64,000 bases of DNA from an uncultured delta proteobacterium (GCA_963845145.1 CAWJQU010000002.1:224001-288000), one strand, 5' to 3'; positions 20,173-31,328 are shown, counted from the first letter of the stretch. Numbers and translations are program-made. The notes: a model not told the origin generated them from the sequence alone.

Positions 20173-21438
20173 ATGCTTGACAGGCAAGAATGGGATTGGG
20201 ATACCGCCGAAAAAAAAATCCCTTTAGTCGATTGGAAAAAATCCTACAACTGGGTGGAAGAGCCCCAGGCCAGCCCTGACGGAGAAAAAATTGCCGCCAT
20301 TGTAAATATTGATGAGGGGCAATTTTCCGTATGTGTCAACGATGAAACCTGGGAACCGATCTATGATAAAATCTGGTATCTTCGTTTTTCCCCTGACGGC
20401 AGGGCCACGGCCCTGGTAGCGGAAACGGGGGAATGGACCGTTGCCATAGATGGGCTCCCCTGGAAAGACCGGTATGCTTATGTTTGGGATACACAGTTCA
20501 GCATTGACGGAAAACAGATAGCTGTCGCCGTTCAACAGGACATGCGATACGGCATGGCGACCAACGGCGTTTTTTGGGACACTGCATATACTAATATGAC
20601 GGAGCCGGCCTTAAGTGCCGACGGAAGCCAAACCGCCGCCACAGTTCAAGTCAAAGACCTTGGCGCCGCAGATATAGAGACCTTTCAGGATGGGGCTTTT
20701 AGTGTCGCCGTGAATGGCACCCCCTGGGAAACCCGGTTTGTTAACGTATGGAAGCCGAGCTTTTCTCCCGATGGCAGTAGTGTTGCCGCTCAGATTCGAA
20801 CAACGCTTTACGACTACACCATCGCCGTGAATGGCACGCCGTGGAACACATCGTTCGCCATGGTCTGGGAGCCTGTCTTTCATCCCACAGAAAAATCCGT
20901 GGTGGCACCCGTTCGGGTCTCCGGAAAATGGACCTTGGCTCAAGATGGCGAAATCATCTGGGACAGACGCTATATTCAAGCCTGGCACCAGGCCTTCAGC
21001 AACGACGGACAAAAGCTGATCGCCATCGTCTCCTCTAAATTCGGACGCTGGACCCTAGCCGTGAATGATCGGCCCTGGTCCAGCTCTCTGGGCGATATGG
21101 TAACCGATTGGCGTATCAGTCCAGAGGGTCAAACCCTTGCCGCGGTTTACAAACAGGACAACCAATGGTCCCTGGCCGTGAACGACCGAAAATGGAAGCA
21201 CCGCTTCGACATGGTCTATGCGCCGGTCATCAGCAATGACGGAAAATGGGTGGCCGCCAAAGTGGAGAAGAACGGGAATTATACCCTGGTTGTTGCCGAC
21301 AAGATCTGGGACAGAGCCTGTCAGGCAGTTTGGGACCCTGTATTCAGTCCGGATGGAAGAAAAATATTGATTCGATCCATTGAAAACGACACATATATTC
21401 GGCGGGTTGTGCCGGTTACTGAAATAGCAGGGAGATAA
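20173..21438 (+). CDS. tmcD: Tmc complex subunit TmcD (Trp-rich beta-propeller)
   Basis: Repeated FSPDG and W-rich blades; synteny with tmcCBA. Confidence 0.85.
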   Translation: MLDRQEWDWDTAEKKIPLVDWKKSYNWVEEPQASPDGEKIAAIVNIDEGQFSVCVNDETWEPIYDKIWYLRFSPDGRATALVAETGEWTVAIDGLPWKDRYAYVWDTQFSIDGKQIAVAVQQDMRYGMATNGVFWDTAYTNMTEPALSADGSQTAATVQVKDLGAADIETFQDGAFSVAVNGTPWETRFVNVWKPSFSPDGSSVAAQIRTTLYDYTIAVNGTPWNTSFAMVWEPVFHPTEKSVVAPVRVSGKWTLAQDGEIIWDRRYIQAWHQAFSNDGQKLIAIVSSKFGRWTLAVNDRPWSSSLGDMVTDWRISPEGQTLAAVYKQDNQWSLAVNDRKWKHRFDMVYAPVISNDGKWVAAKVEKNGNYTLVVADKIWDRACQAVWDPVFSPDGRKILIRSIENDTYIRRVVPVTEIAGR

Positions 21439-21448
21439 GAGGTATAAA

Positions 21449-22108
21449 ATGCACGATCTATACAACTTCGTGAGCGGCCCTCTGGTCTGGGCGGCATTTT
21501 CCATCTTTTTTCTTGGATGCCTGTTTCGGTTGATTCGTTTATTGACGCAAGTGGTTCGCAATGAAAGGTTCATTCTTTCCTACATGAGCCTTAAATATAG
21601 CCTCCGCTCCATTTTACACTGGAGTATCCCCTTTGCCACTGAGAATATGCGCCGGCATCCCGTTATGACATTGGTGACCTTTGCTTTTCATTTTTGTCTC
21701 ATGGTTACCCCTTTGTTTTTGCTTGCCCACGTCGTGCTCTGGCATGAGTCTTGGCACTTTGGCTGGGGCTATCTGCCGGAATGGCTCACTGATCTGATGA
21801 CGCTGGTGGTCATCTTCGGATGCGTCTTTTTTTTCCTGCGACGATTGATCCTTCCCGAAGTCCAATTTGTGACCAGTGCGTCGGATTATATCATAATAGG
21901 AATTGTAGCAGCACCATTTATAACCGGTTTTCTGGCCTATCACCAGTGGTTTAACTACCCCTTGTTTATGGTTCTACATATCCTAAGCGGTGAGATCATG
22001 CTGATAGCAATCCCTTTTACCCGTCTGGTCCACATGATCCTCGCACCGGTTACGCGGGCTTACATGGGGTCTGAATTTGGTGGTGTGCGGCATGCAAAAG
22101 ACTGGTAA
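21449..22108 (+). CDS. tmcC: Tmc complex membrane cytochrome b (NarI-like)
   Basis: Multiple TM helices, FH/AH/LH ligands, IPFTRLVHM. Confidence 0.85.
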   Translation: MHDLYNFVSGPLVWAAFSIFFLGCLFRLIRLLTQVVRNERFILSYMSLKYSLRSILHWSIPFATENMRRHPVMTLVTFAFHFCLMVTPLFLLAHVVLWHESWHFGWGYLPEWLTDLMTLVVIFGCVFFFLRRLILPEVQFVTSASDYIIIGIVAAPFITGFLAYHQWFNYPLFMVLHILSGEIMLIAIPFTRLVHMILAPVTRAYMGSEFGGVRHAKDW

Positions 22109-22175
22109 GGGTTCCGTAAAAATAAATTGACATTATTAGGCGTTGAGGCGCCCGATTGGCAAGGAGAACGACTAA

Positions 22176-23510
22176 ATGGCTGAATCAGCCACAGAAGGAT
22201 TAAACCAAAGCGTGGACGAAGGGATCCAAAGAGGCGTAGCGCAACTGACATCCGAAAAAATCGCCACGGTTGTGAATCGGGTCTTAACCAGAGAAACCGG
22301 GGCTCGCTTGAAAGCCTATGTTGATACTTGCGTCCACTGCGGGCTCTGCTCGGAGGCCTGCCACTACTACCTCTCCCATGACAACGACCCCCACTACTCG
22401 CCGGTGGGCAAAGTCAAGCAGACCCTATGGAAGCTTCTCAAGAAAAAGGGGCGTGTGTCTCCGGAGTCCATGGCGGACATGGTACGGATTGCCCAGACAG
22501 AGTGCAACCTCTGTAAGCGGTGCGCCATGTATTGCCCTTTCGGTATTGATATCGCTTACTTGATGACGGTCGTTCGCCGAATCTGTCACTTGCTGGGCAT
22601 TACCCCCCAATACATTCAGGATACGGCCCACAGCCATTCTGCCACGCTAAACCAGATGTGGGTAAAAGACGATGAATGGATCGATACGCTTCAATGGCAG
22701 GAGGAGGAGGCCCAGGCGGAAATCTCCACATTGCGGATCCCTTTGGAAAAAGAGGGGGCCGACATCATGTATTCTGTCATCGGGCCGGAACCCAAATTTC
22801 AGGCTCAATTGATTTACCAAGCCGCCGTCATCATGGATACAGCGGGTGTCAATTGGACCATGCCCGCCACGCCGGGATGGGACAACAGCGATATGGCCAT
22901 GTACACCGGCGACAATGAAATCATGGGGCGGCTCAAACGCGCCCACTTCGAAACAGCCGCCCGGCTAAGGGTCAAAAAAATCGTGATGGGTGAATGCGGC
23001 CACGCCTTTCGCTCCGTTTACGATGTGGGAAACCGTTGGCTCGGATGGAAAATGCCGCCCATTCCCATTGTCCATGCCATTGAGTTTTACGATGATTTGA
23101 TAAAGGGAAACCGGATCCAAATTAATAAAAAATATGGGGAAGCGGTCACCCTTCATGACCCCTGCAATGTGTCCCGTGGCGCCGGCCTGCACGACAAGGC
23201 CCGCGATGTCGTCAACGCGTTGTGTGATGAATTGGTTGAAATGCACCCCAACCGGGAACACAACTATTGTTGCTGTGCCGGCGGCGGCGTAATCAATTGT
23301 GGCCCCCCATACAAAAATGTCCGCATGGACGGCAATCGCATCAAGGCGGAACAGCTTTTTGCCGCTAAAAGCCGGGGCGCCACCACCCTGGTGGCCCCTT
23401 GTCACAATTGCCACAGTGGGTTGGAGGATATCAACCATCATTATGGGCTCGGGCTTAAGATCAAATTCATTGGTGACATTATCTATGAAACGATGGAAAA
23501 ACCGGAATAA
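22176..23510 (+). CDS. tmcB: Tmc complex Fe-S protein (HdrD/DsrK-like, CCG domain)
   Basis: CVHCGLCSEAC, CNLCKRCAMYCP, ECGH, HDPC, CCCAGGG, APCHNC. Confidence 0.9.
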   Translation: MAESATEGLNQSVDEGIQRGVAQLTSEKIATVVNRVLTRETGARLKAYVDTCVHCGLCSEACHYYLSHDNDPHYSPVGKVKQTLWKLLKKKGRVSPESMADMVRIAQTECNLCKRCAMYCPFGIDIAYLMTVVRRICHLLGITPQYIQDTAHSHSATLNQMWVKDDEWIDTLQWQEEEAQAEISTLRIPLEKEGADIMYSVIGPEPKFQAQLIYQAAVIMDTAGVNWTMPATPGWDNSDMAMYTGDNEIMGRLKRAHFETAARLRVKKIVMGECGHAFRSVYDVGNRWLGWKMPPIPIVHAIEFYDDLIKGNRIQINKKYGEAVTLHDPCNVSRGAGLHDKARDVVNALCDELVEMHPNREHNYCCCAGGGVINCGPPYKNVRMDGNRIKAEQLFAAKSRGATTLVAPCHNCHSGLEDINHHYGLGLKIKFIGDIIYETMEKPE

Positions 23511-23600
23511 GATTAACCCTGACATTGCATAAAATAAGATAGCGTGAGTAAAACGGTTTTGCACCAACTTTTATGAAAAGTCAGGATTAAGAGTGGCAGC

Positions 23601-24005
23601 ATGAAAAACAGGAGAAAGATCGGCATGAAACACGGTATAATCGCGCTTTTTAGTACTATGATGGTTCTAATCGTGCTGCTGGCGACGGGTTTTTCTCAGG
23701 ATGAAATGACCCAGGTGGATAACGATATCTTCCTCGATCCACAAAGACCGCCCACTGTGTTTAACCATGAAGACCATAATGAAATGGCAGAAATCGAAGA
23801 CTGTGCCCAATGTCATCACCTCTATGAGGATGGAAAATTGGTGGAAGATGAATCCTCCGAAGACATGCGCTGTGCTGAATGCCACGAAGAAAAAAAAGTA
23901 GGAAAAACGCCCTCTTTAATGCAGGCCTTTCATTTGAATTGTAAAGGATGTCACCATAGAGAGAACAGTGGCCCGGTAATGTGTGGGGAATGCCATCGCT
24001 GGTAG
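23601..24005 (+). CDS. tmcA: Acidic tetraheme type II cytochrome c3
   Basis: Signal peptide and four CxxCH motifs (CAQCH, CAECH, CKGCH, CGECH). Confidence 0.9.
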   Translation: MKNRRKIGMKHGIIALFSTMMVLIVLLATGFSQDEMTQVDNDIFLDPQRPPTVFNHEDHNEMAEIEDCAQCHHLYEDGKLVEDESSEDMRCAECHEEKKVGKTPSLMQAFHLNCKGCHHRENSGPVMCGECHRW

Positions 24006-24118
24006 ACACACAAGGTACCAGGGGGGGGGTAGAAGGATGGCGAATCGTTAATCGGGGGCTCTTTGCTTTTGGGTTTAAGGGCACCGATTGCCCGTCCAAA
24101 TGATCGAGAGGAGATATA

Positions 24119-24469
24119 ATGACAAAAAAAATTCTCGTGGTGGACGATGACCCTATTATTGTGAAATATCTGGTCAGCTTGTTCCAGGATAATGGATACG
24201 ATACGTGTACCGCGTCGGATGGGAAAGCCGCGTATGATGTGACAGTCAGGGAAAAGCCGGATCTGATCACGCTCGATCTGGATATGCCCGAACATTGGGG
24301 TCCGCGCTTTTATCGTCGACTGACCCAAAATCGTGAATTAAAGCAGATACCGGTGATTGTGGTTAGCGGTTTGGATGGCGATCATGCCATACGCAAAGCT
24401 GTGGCCTTTGTGCGCAAACCGTTTGATACTGACAAGCTCGTGGGAATCGTTAAGAAAACCATTGGGTAA
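24119..24469 (+). CDS. Single-domain response regulator associated with tmc
   Basis: KKILVVDDD, PDLITLDLDMP, VRKP. Confidence 0.85.
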   Translation: MTKKILVVDDDPIIVKYLVSLFQDNGYDTCTASDGKAAYDVTVREKPDLITLDLDMPEHWGPRFYRRLTQNRELKQIPVIVVSGLDGDHAIRKAVAFVRKPFDTDKLVGIVKKTIG

Positions 24470-24520
24470 TCATTTTGCCGATATCTTTTCAAAAGCCGAT
24501 GACCATGACATCCATTCACC

Positions 24521-24778
24521 ATGAATAGACTCGACCACCGCTCAACGCCGCGGAAAACAATCGTTCCCTGGTATGACTCGGAAGCGGTCTGTCTGGGCAT
24601 GATCGTCCTGATGTTATTCGTTTTCACCTTCGCCTACATCGGCCTGACGGTGACGCGGGACAACTCGACCTATGCAACGCATTCCTGGGTTCCTGTCGTA
24701 TTAATGGCCATCAGCGGCGCCGTTATCCTTTCAACGACAATTCGATTGGTCAGGCGTTATATCTCCCGGCGATTCTAA
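24521..24778 (+). CDS. Small two-TM hypothetical protein
   Basis: 85-aa ORF with two hydrophobic segments. Confidence 0.55.
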   Translation: MNRLDHRSTPRKTIVPWYDSEAVCLGMIVLMLFVFTFAYIGLTVTRDNSTYATHSWVPVVLMAISGAVILSTTIRLVRRYISRRF

Positions 24779-24817
24779 TGAACTGTCAGTACTTGATAAA
24801 TTCGCTTACATGGTCTG

Positions 24818-25318
24818 TTAGCCGGCGTCGAGAAAAGCCTTGAAAGACATCTCTTTATAGCTATTGGTATGAATAAATTTTAAGGCGTTCAACAGCATCT
24901 TGGCCTCAATATAACCGGGCAAGCTACTGATTTTTTCACCGCTTTCAGATACGAACCAGGTGGAAGGAAGGCCACGAATATAGTAATCGCGCGCCAATTT
25001 ACGATCCTTATCCGAGTTGACCTTCACAGAAATAAAATGTTCGTTCAGATAATCGATCACAGCTGAATTTTTCAGGGTTTCTTTATCCATTTTTTTGCAA
25101 TAAGCGCACCAATCCGCATAAAAATGAACAAATATTTTTTTCTGGTCCTGCTCGGCAAGGGCCAGCCCCTCCGCATAAGAGTGCCATTTGATTTGATCCG
25201 CGGCATTCGCCAAGGAAAACCCGACCAGAGAAAATCCGACCAGAGAAAACCAGATTAGAATGAGGCCCACAAGAGCGCCACATATCGCTATAGGTTTTAG
25301 AAAATATTTGTTTATCAT
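24818..25318 (-). CDS. Exported thioredoxin-fold protein (SoxW-like)
   Basis: WCAYC, cis-Pro GLPS; adjacent to ccdA. Confidence 0.85.
   Translation of the reverse strand: MINKYFLKPIAICGALVGLILIWFSLVGFSLVGFSLANAADQIKWHSYAEGLALAEQDQKKIFVHFYADWCAYCKKMDKETLKNSAVIDYLNEHFISVKVNSDKDRKLARDYYIRGLPSTWFVSESGEKISSLPGYIEAKMLLNALKFIHTNSYKEMSFKAFLDAG
25215..25259. repeat. Three imperfect 15-bp tandem repeats encoding FSLVG repeats in the signal peptide
   Basis: GAAAACCCGACCAGA / GAAAATCCGACCAGA / GAAAACCAGATTAGA. Confidence 0.6.
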
Positions 25319-25346
25319 TTTAACTCCCGTATATGTCGCTGATTAA

Positions 25347-26045
25347 TCAGATCGCAATGGTCAACTGATTCGACATTAATAACAGCCCCAGCAGAATCAA
25401 AAGAATTCCCGCAACCCGATTAACGTATTGTAAAACCTTGGTTGCACGGCTCAAAAACGCCAGCATATAATTAATAAAAACGGCAATCACAAGGAAGGGG
25501 ATTGCCAAACCCGCCGAATATATACTCAAAAGCACCATCCCTTGAAAAACCGTATCCTGACTACCGGCGACAACCAGAATCGAACCGAGGAGCGGCCCGA
25601 TACATGGACTCCAGCCCGCACCAAAGGCCATCCCCACCAGAAAAGCCCCCATAAAATGCAGTGGTTTGCTCTTTGGATGGACCCGCTTTTCAAAATCAAG
25701 CCCCGGAATACGAATAATTCCCGTTAAATGGATACCCAAAATGATGATTAACGCGCCGCCGCCGATACGAATCCAGTCGCTATGGGTGCTGATAAACCCA
25801 CCCAGAAATGAGGCCGAAGCCCCTAGAAGAACAAATACGACTGAAAATCCAAGGACATAAGCCAACGTGGAGAACAGGACTTTTTTCCGGATCCGAGCAG
25901 TTGTTCCCTCGGTCAATTCCTCCAATGATGCGCCGGTGATAAAGGTAAAGTAGGCTGGAATCAGGGGAAGAATACAGGGTGAAAAAAAAGAGAGCAGCCC
26001 CGCCGAGAATGCAGCGAAGTAAGAAACGGTTTCGGTAAACATCAC
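25347..26045 (-). CDS. ccdA: Cytochrome c biogenesis protein CcdA
   Basis: AGLLSFFSPCILPLIP, GWSPCIGP. Confidence 0.9.
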   Translation of the reverse strand: MMFTETVSYFAAFSAGLLSFFSPCILPLIPAYFTFITGASLEELTEGTTARIRKKVLFSTLAYVLGFSVVFVLLGASASFLGGFISTHSDWIRIGGGALIIILGIHLTGIIRIPGLDFEKRVHPKSKPLHFMGAFLVGMAFGAGWSPCIGPLLGSILVVAGSQDTVFQGMVLLSIYSAGLAIPFLVIAVFINYMLAFLSRATKVLQYVNRVAGILLILLGLLLMSNQLTIAI

Positions 26046-26378
26046 AATCCTATCAAAAATATATCAGGGGTTACGGGTAAAGACCCGAATTTTTCAAAAA
26101 CTCTATTAACAATACCGGAAAAAGTAAATACCGCGCCCTGAATGTCAACGCAGATGCTTGCTTCTCTTCGCCGGGTTAAAAACGGATTGAAAGTGGAGAG
26201 AAACGTCAAAAAGAGGCCGCTATTGAGATATCAGCGACGGTTCTTTTGGCGCTGCCATAAGGTGGTTTTTTCGTATATTACCGCCTAGTTTTCGAAAAAT
26301 CTTGACTTCTTGAACGCATTATCATTAAATTAAACAAACCATTGAATTTTAATTACGAATAGATCGGAAAGCCCATAC

Positions 26379-26678
26379 ATGTTCATTGTCGGATATTTTC
26401 TAAATGCCCTGGCCACTGTTATCAATTACGTGTTGACGTTCTACTTATTTATCATCATCGCCCGTGCGATTTTGTCGTGGGTGAGCCCGGACCCTTACAA
26501 TCCCATTGTTCGATTTATCCACAACGTTACCGAGCCAATCCTTCATCCCATTCGTACCCGACTACCCATGAGTTACGGCGGGATAGATCTGTCGCCGCTG
26601 ATTGTCTTTTTGGCTATTGTTTTTCTTCAAAAGTTTCTGGTTAATACCCTGCTCAGGGTATCGGCATCCTTTATTTAA
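26379..26678 (+). CDS. yggT: YggT family membrane protein
   Basis: ILSWVSPDPYNPIVRF..VTEP, GIDLSP. Confidence 0.9.
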   Translation: MFIVGYFLNALATVINYVLTFYLFIIIARAILSWVSPDPYNPIVRFIHNVTEPILHPIRTRLPMSYGGIDLSPLIVFLAIVFLQKFLVNTLLRVSASFI

Positions 26679-26701
26679 ATCAACTGATTTAAGGAGAAGC
26701 C

Positions 26702-27205
26702 ATGACTTTGACTATAGATGACATAAAAAAGCGGCGCTTCAAGATTCGATTTCGAGGATTTGATGTTCGGGATGTGGATACCTTTATGGAGTCAGTGCTT
26801 GACAGTTTTGATGAAATATTTAAAGAAAACGTTCAGTTAAAGCAAAATTATCAAAGGTTGAACGAATCGCATCAAGAGTTAAAAAAACATGATGAAATTC
26901 TGAAAGAGACGATTATCAGTACCCGTAAAATCGTTGAGCACCTGAATAAAAATGCCCGTAAGTCGGCTGAAGTCATTATCGCCGAGGCTGAAGCCAAAGC
27001 CGGAAAACTCTTAAACCGCACCCAAACCCGACTGGCTCAGTTGCATCAGGATATCACCGAGTTGAAGCGGCAGCGGATTCAAATTGAAGCACAGATTCGG
27101 TCCGTTATCGATACGCATGGGAAACTACTCGACACCAGCGGTAAAGAAATGGCAACCATGGACGAAACGTATGAAAAGGTTCGCTTTATCAATCACAATA
27201 AGTAA
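26702..27205 (+). CDS. DivIVA-domain coiled-coil protein
   Basis: F..RFRGFDVRDVDTF followed by coiled coil; follows yggT. Confidence 0.85.
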   Translation: MTLTIDDIKKRRFKIRFRGFDVRDVDTFMESVLDSFDEIFKENVQLKQNYQRLNESHQELKKHDEILKETIISTRKIVEHLNKNARKSAEVIIAEAEAKAGKLLNRTQTRLAQLHQDITELKRQRIQIEAQIRSVIDTHGKLLDTSGKEMATMDETYEKVRFINHNK

Positions 27206-27273
27206 AATCGACAACCAGCGGCAGATTTCACGAGCCTCGATATACTTTCGATAAATTAGAGAGGAACCCCACT

Positions 27274-28356
27274 ATGGCAAAAATCGACGCCTTCTTTAAA
27301 TTGATGCACGAACAGAATGCTTCCGACCTTCACCTGGCAGCCGGTCAGCAGCCGGCACTTCGAATTCATGGCGATATGGAACGGATTAAATACGAAACGC
27401 TTAATAATGAGAATCTACGGAAAATTCTTTACGAAATAACACCGGAAGAAAAAATTAAAACTTTTGAAGAGACCGGCGATCTTGATTTTGCCTATGAAAT
27501 TCCGGGGCTGGCCCGTTACCGGGTCAATTATTACATGCACAAAGATGGTATCGCCGCCGCGTTTCGGGAAATCCCCAGTGTCATTAAAACTGTGGAAGAG
27601 CTTGGATTACCGTCGGTCATCACCAAACTCGCCTATCTGCCCCGGGGGCTGATACTGGTTACGGGACCCACCGGTAGCGGCAAATCAACTTCGTTGGCCG
27701 CCATCATTGATGAAGCTAACCGAAATCGCCAGGACCATATCATTACCATTGAGGATCCCATCGAGTTCGTGCATCAAAGCAAGGGATGCTTGGTCAATCA
27801 TCGTGAAGTCGGTATTCATACCCAATCGTTTTCCGCCGCATTACGGGGTGCGTTGCGTGAAGACCCCGATATTATCCTGGTGGGTGAAATGCGGGATCTC
27901 GAAACCATTTCACTGGCCATTGAAGCGGCCAACACCGGCCATCTGGTCTTTTCCACCGTCCATACCACCAGCACCTCCTCAACGGTGGATCGTATCATCG
28001 AAGTCTTTCCGTCCCACGAGCAAGCCCAGATTCGGTCCACCCTCTCCGACAGTATTCGCGCCATTGTAACCCAGACCTTATTCAAACGAACCGATATTCG
28101 CGGACGGATTGCGGCCATGGAGATTCTTATCGCCACACCCGCCGTACGCGCCCTTATTCGGGACGCGAAGTCCCATCAGATTCCTTCAGCCATACAAACC
28201 GGGAAACGCTACGGCATGCAGATGCTCGATGATGGGATCATGGATCTGTTGAGTCGGCGAAAAATCGACCCTGATGATGCCTATGCCAAGGCTTTTGAGA
28301 AATCACGTTTTAGGCCCCTACTCAGAAAACCGCCGAGTGATTTTACTGAAGCCTAA
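27274..28356 (+). CDS. pilT: Type IV pilus retraction ATPase PilT
   Basis: ASDLHL, GPTGSGKST, TIEDPIE, LREDPDIILVGEMRD, AVRALIRD. Confidence 0.92.
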   Translation: MAKIDAFFKLMHEQNASDLHLAAGQQPALRIHGDMERIKYETLNNENLRKILYEITPEEKIKTFEETGDLDFAYEIPGLARYRVNYYMHKDGIAAAFREIPSVIKTVEELGLPSVITKLAYLPRGLILVTGPTGSGKSTSLAAIIDEANRNRQDHIITIEDPIEFVHQSKGCLVNHREVGIHTQSFSAALRGALREDPDIILVGEMRDLETISLAIEAANTGHLVFSTVHTTSTSSTVDRIIEVFPSHEQAQIRSTLSDSIRAIVTQTLFKRTDIRGRIAAMEILIATPAVRALIRDAKSHQIPSAIQTGKRYGMQMLDDGIMDLLSRRKIDPDDAYAKAFEKSRFRPLLRKPPSDFTEA

Positions 28357-28392
28357 CCGATTGGACCTTCTATTGCGACAGGGAGAATAACC

Positions 28393-29589
28393 ATGCGCAA
28401 GCAAGAGATTGACTATATTTTAAACCGAATGCTCGACACCTACAAAGATGTTTCCGATCTGAACATCACCACGGGAAAACCGTTTCAGGTTGAGGTTTCC
28501 GGACAACTACGTGAAGTGCCCCTGGTACCACCGATTAAAGCACTGACCCCTTTTCAGACCGAAATCTTCGCGCTTAACCTGATTAATCAGGACCGCCGCC
28601 TAATGAAGGATTTACTTGAAAAGGGCTCCTGCGATTTATCCTATGAACTGTCGGGAAAAGCGCGTTTTCGGGTCAGTGTGTTTTCCCAAATGGATAATCT
28701 GTCGGTTGTGTTGCGCCGACTGGAAACACGCATTCCAACCCTGCAAAAACCGTTCGCCGACTCCAATAAGCTGCCCGATGCATTTGGTCAGATCGCCAAG
28801 GAGAAAAACGGCATCGTGCTGGTCACCGGTGCCACGGGTAGCGGCAAAACCACCTCTTTAGCCGCAGTGTTAAATGAGATCAACGAAACCCAGCCGGTTC
28901 ATGTCATCACCCTTGAAGATCCGGTGGAATATAGGCATCCCCAAAAAAAAGCGACGTTTAACCAACGGGAGATGGGCTCCGACTTTATGTCTTTTTCACA
29001 TGGCCTGCGTGCCGCTTTACGCCAGGCCCCAAAAGTGATTCTGGTGGGCGAAATGCGGGACCGTGAGACCGTGGAGATTGCCTTAAGAGCTGCAGAAACG
29101 GGGCATCTCGTGTTAAGCACCCTGCATACGGTGGATGCCGGCCAAACCATCAACCGCGTTCTTGGCATGTTTAATACGGATGAGGAAAAACAGGTTCGAA
29201 TTCGATTGGCCGATTTGGTTCGCTGGATCGTTTCCCAACGGCTCATGCCCCGCGTCGGGGGCGGCAGGGTGGCGGCCTTCGAAGTCATGGGGACCAACCT
29301 GCGGGTTAAAGACGTCATTCGGCATGGTGAGACCGAAGAAAAAACGTTTCATAAGATCATTGAGCAGGGTAAGGCATTTGGCATGATCACCTTTGATGAT
29401 TACCTGGTCGATCTGTTTGAGAAGGGGATTATCGCCGAAGAGACGGCTAGATCCTACGCCACTCGAAAGGGCGTCACGGGTCGCGGGATTGATATGGTTA
29501 AGAGCCGGCGCGGCGAGGCAACCACGGATATCAAGGGTTTGCAAGTCGATAAGGAATACAGTCAAGGGATGGATTCAGATCTATTTTAA
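28393..29589 (+). CDS. PilT/PilU-family ATPase
   Basis: GATGSGKTT, TLEDPVE, ILVGEMRD, TGHLVLSTLHT. Confidence 0.88.
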   Translation: MRKQEIDYILNRMLDTYKDVSDLNITTGKPFQVEVSGQLREVPLVPPIKALTPFQTEIFALNLINQDRRLMKDLLEKGSCDLSYELSGKARFRVSVFSQMDNLSVVLRRLETRIPTLQKPFADSNKLPDAFGQIAKEKNGIVLVTGATGSGKTTSLAAVLNEINETQPVHVITLEDPVEYRHPQKKATFNQREMGSDFMSFSHGLRAALRQAPKVILVGEMRDRETVEIALRAAETGHLVLSTLHTVDAGQTINRVLGMFNTDEEKQVRIRLADLVRWIVSQRLMPRVGGGRVAAFEVMGTNLRVKDVIRHGETEEKTFHKIIEQGKAFGMITFDDYLVDLFEKGIIAEETARSYATRKGVTGRGIDMVKSRRGEATTDIKGLQVDKEYSQGMDSDLF

Positions 29590-29755
29590 ATGGTGAAGGA
29601 AGGAATAAAGGGCCTTTGCCTATACTTTATTGCGAACAATCATTTTAGACGTTTTACAAATTGAACCGTAAATTACATTGAGCCAAACCCCAATCGAGGT
29701 GCAAGATCGCTTAACCGGCCCGGTTTAAAGCGCCTTGTGGGCCAAGGAGGATTGA

Positions 29756-30505
29756 ATGGAAATAAAATGCCCTGCATGCGAATCCGGATACCGAATTCCA
29801 CCGGAAAAACTACCCGCGGATAAAGAGGTGATCGCTTTTCCCTGCCCCAATTGTTCTCACCCTCTGACGGTTAATCTTAAAGAAACCGAACCATCAATCT
29901 CACAAACCGAGATGAACCCCGATGGTAAAAAGGTAGAGGAAAAGCCGGAGGAACGGCCACAAGCACCAAAAGCTGCCGAGGACGGCATGACGGATGATCT
30001 AACACAAACCTATGATGCAATGGAAAAACCATTTGATTTTTTGAATGAGGGCGAGCGAACCGCGCTGATTTGCGAACCGAATTCGAATATGAAACAAACC
30101 GTTCGTCAAGCGCTTGAAGCGTTGGGCTTTCACTGCGCTGAAGCCCAATCGACGTTGGAAGCGTTAAAACAGTTGCGCTATCACATTTTTGATTTGGTCG
30201 TTTTAAATGAAAATTTCGATGGCAAAGAACCGGAAGAGAATCCTTTGCGTATTTATCTAAGCCGCCTTCCAATGGCCACGCGCCGAAATATCTATGTTAT
30301 TTTACTAACCCGCCGGTTTCGAACGATGGACAACATGGCGGCCTTTAACCTGAGTGCCAATCTCGTGATCCATGAGAAAAATATGGGGCAAATGGAGCAG
30401 ATCACCCAAAGGGGTCTTGCCGATAATGCCGCATTCTATAATATGTATCATCAAGCTCAAGATTCCACCGGCGAAAGCGAGGTAGTGTTAGACCGAAGCT
30501 TCTAA
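29756..30505 (+). CDS. Zinc-ribbon plus degenerate receiver-like domain protein
   Basis: CPAC...CPNC at the N-terminus; ALICE...FDLVVLNE. Confidence 0.7.
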   Translation: MEIKCPACESGYRIPPEKLPADKEVIAFPCPNCSHPLTVNLKETEPSISQTEMNPDGKKVEEKPEERPQAPKAAEDGMTDDLTQTYDAMEKPFDFLNEGERTALICEPNSNMKQTVRQALEALGFHCAEAQSTLEALKQLRYHIFDLVVLNENFDGKEPEENPLRIYLSRLPMATRRNIYVILLTRRFRTMDNMAAFNLSANLVIHEKNMGQMEQITQRGLADNAAFYNMYHQAQDSTGESEVVLDRSF

Positions 30506-30543
30506 GCTTTTGTACCGCTTGACAATTATTGGATTAGCAGCTC

Positions 30544-31323
30544 TTACAGCTTACACGCCGCCATTTCCTCGCTGATGATTCGCAATCCGGCCAAGGTCAG
30601 ATCCCGGTTGACAGTATCGATACAATCAGTCACCCCGGACATTAATTCGGACAACCCACCCGTAGCCACCACCTTTGGATCGGTACCCATTTCACTGCGC
30701 ATCCGTTTAACGACACCATCCACCAGGCCGGCATACCCATAGATAATTCCGGATTGAATGCAATGGATGGTCGTTTTCCCAATGACTTTGTCGGATGGTG
30801 AAAAGATTTCCACACGAGGTAGTTTAGACGCTTTTCTAAATAGTGCTTCGGCGGAAATCATGATCCCCGGACAGATCACACCGCCTAGATACTCCCCTTT
30901 GTCGGAAACCGCATCAAAGGTGGTCGCCGTCCCAAAATCAATCACCACCAGACTACTTTGATACCGGCGATAAGCAGCAACAGCGTTAACGATTCGGTCG
31001 GCCCCCACTTCGGAGGGGTTGGGCAGAAGAATGGGCATACCGGAATAAGAGGAAGCGTCAACCCAGGTTGGACAATGACCTAAATATTTTTGGCAAAATG
31101 AATCGAGAATGGTAACCATCGGTGGAACCACACAGGAAATAATGGTGCGCTCAATATCTTTTGACGATAAACCCCGGCTGGCAAACAACCCCGAAGCCAA
31201 TAAATTAAATTCATCCTCGGTCGTATTCCGTTCCGTCCGGATTCTCCAATTGGTGATAAGTTGTTCCCCTTTAAAAACACCGACCACAATATTGGTATTA
31301 CCCACATCAATAACCAAAAGCAT
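30544..31323 (-). CDS. coaX: Type III pantothenate kinase
   Basis: IDVGNTN, GADR, IDFGTATT. Confidence 0.92.
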   Translation of the reverse strand: MLLVIDVGNTNIVVGVFKGEQLITNWRIRTERNTTEDEFNLLASGLFASRGLSSKDIERTIISCVVPPMVTILDSFCQKYLGHCPTWVDASSYSGMPILLPNPSEVGADRIVNAVAAYRRYQSSLVVIDFGTATTFDAVSDKGEYLGGVICPGIMISAEALFRKASKLPRVEIFSPSDKVIGKTTIHCIQSGIIYGYAGLVDGVVKRMRSEMGTDPKVVATGGLSELMSGVTDCIDTVNRDLTLAGLRIISEEMAACKL

Positions 31324-31328
31324 AAACC

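Noticed and set aside
24020..24028. G9 homopolymer as a phase-variation tract
   Set aside because: Intergenic, no evident promoter context, and homopolymer lengths are unreliable in this assembly
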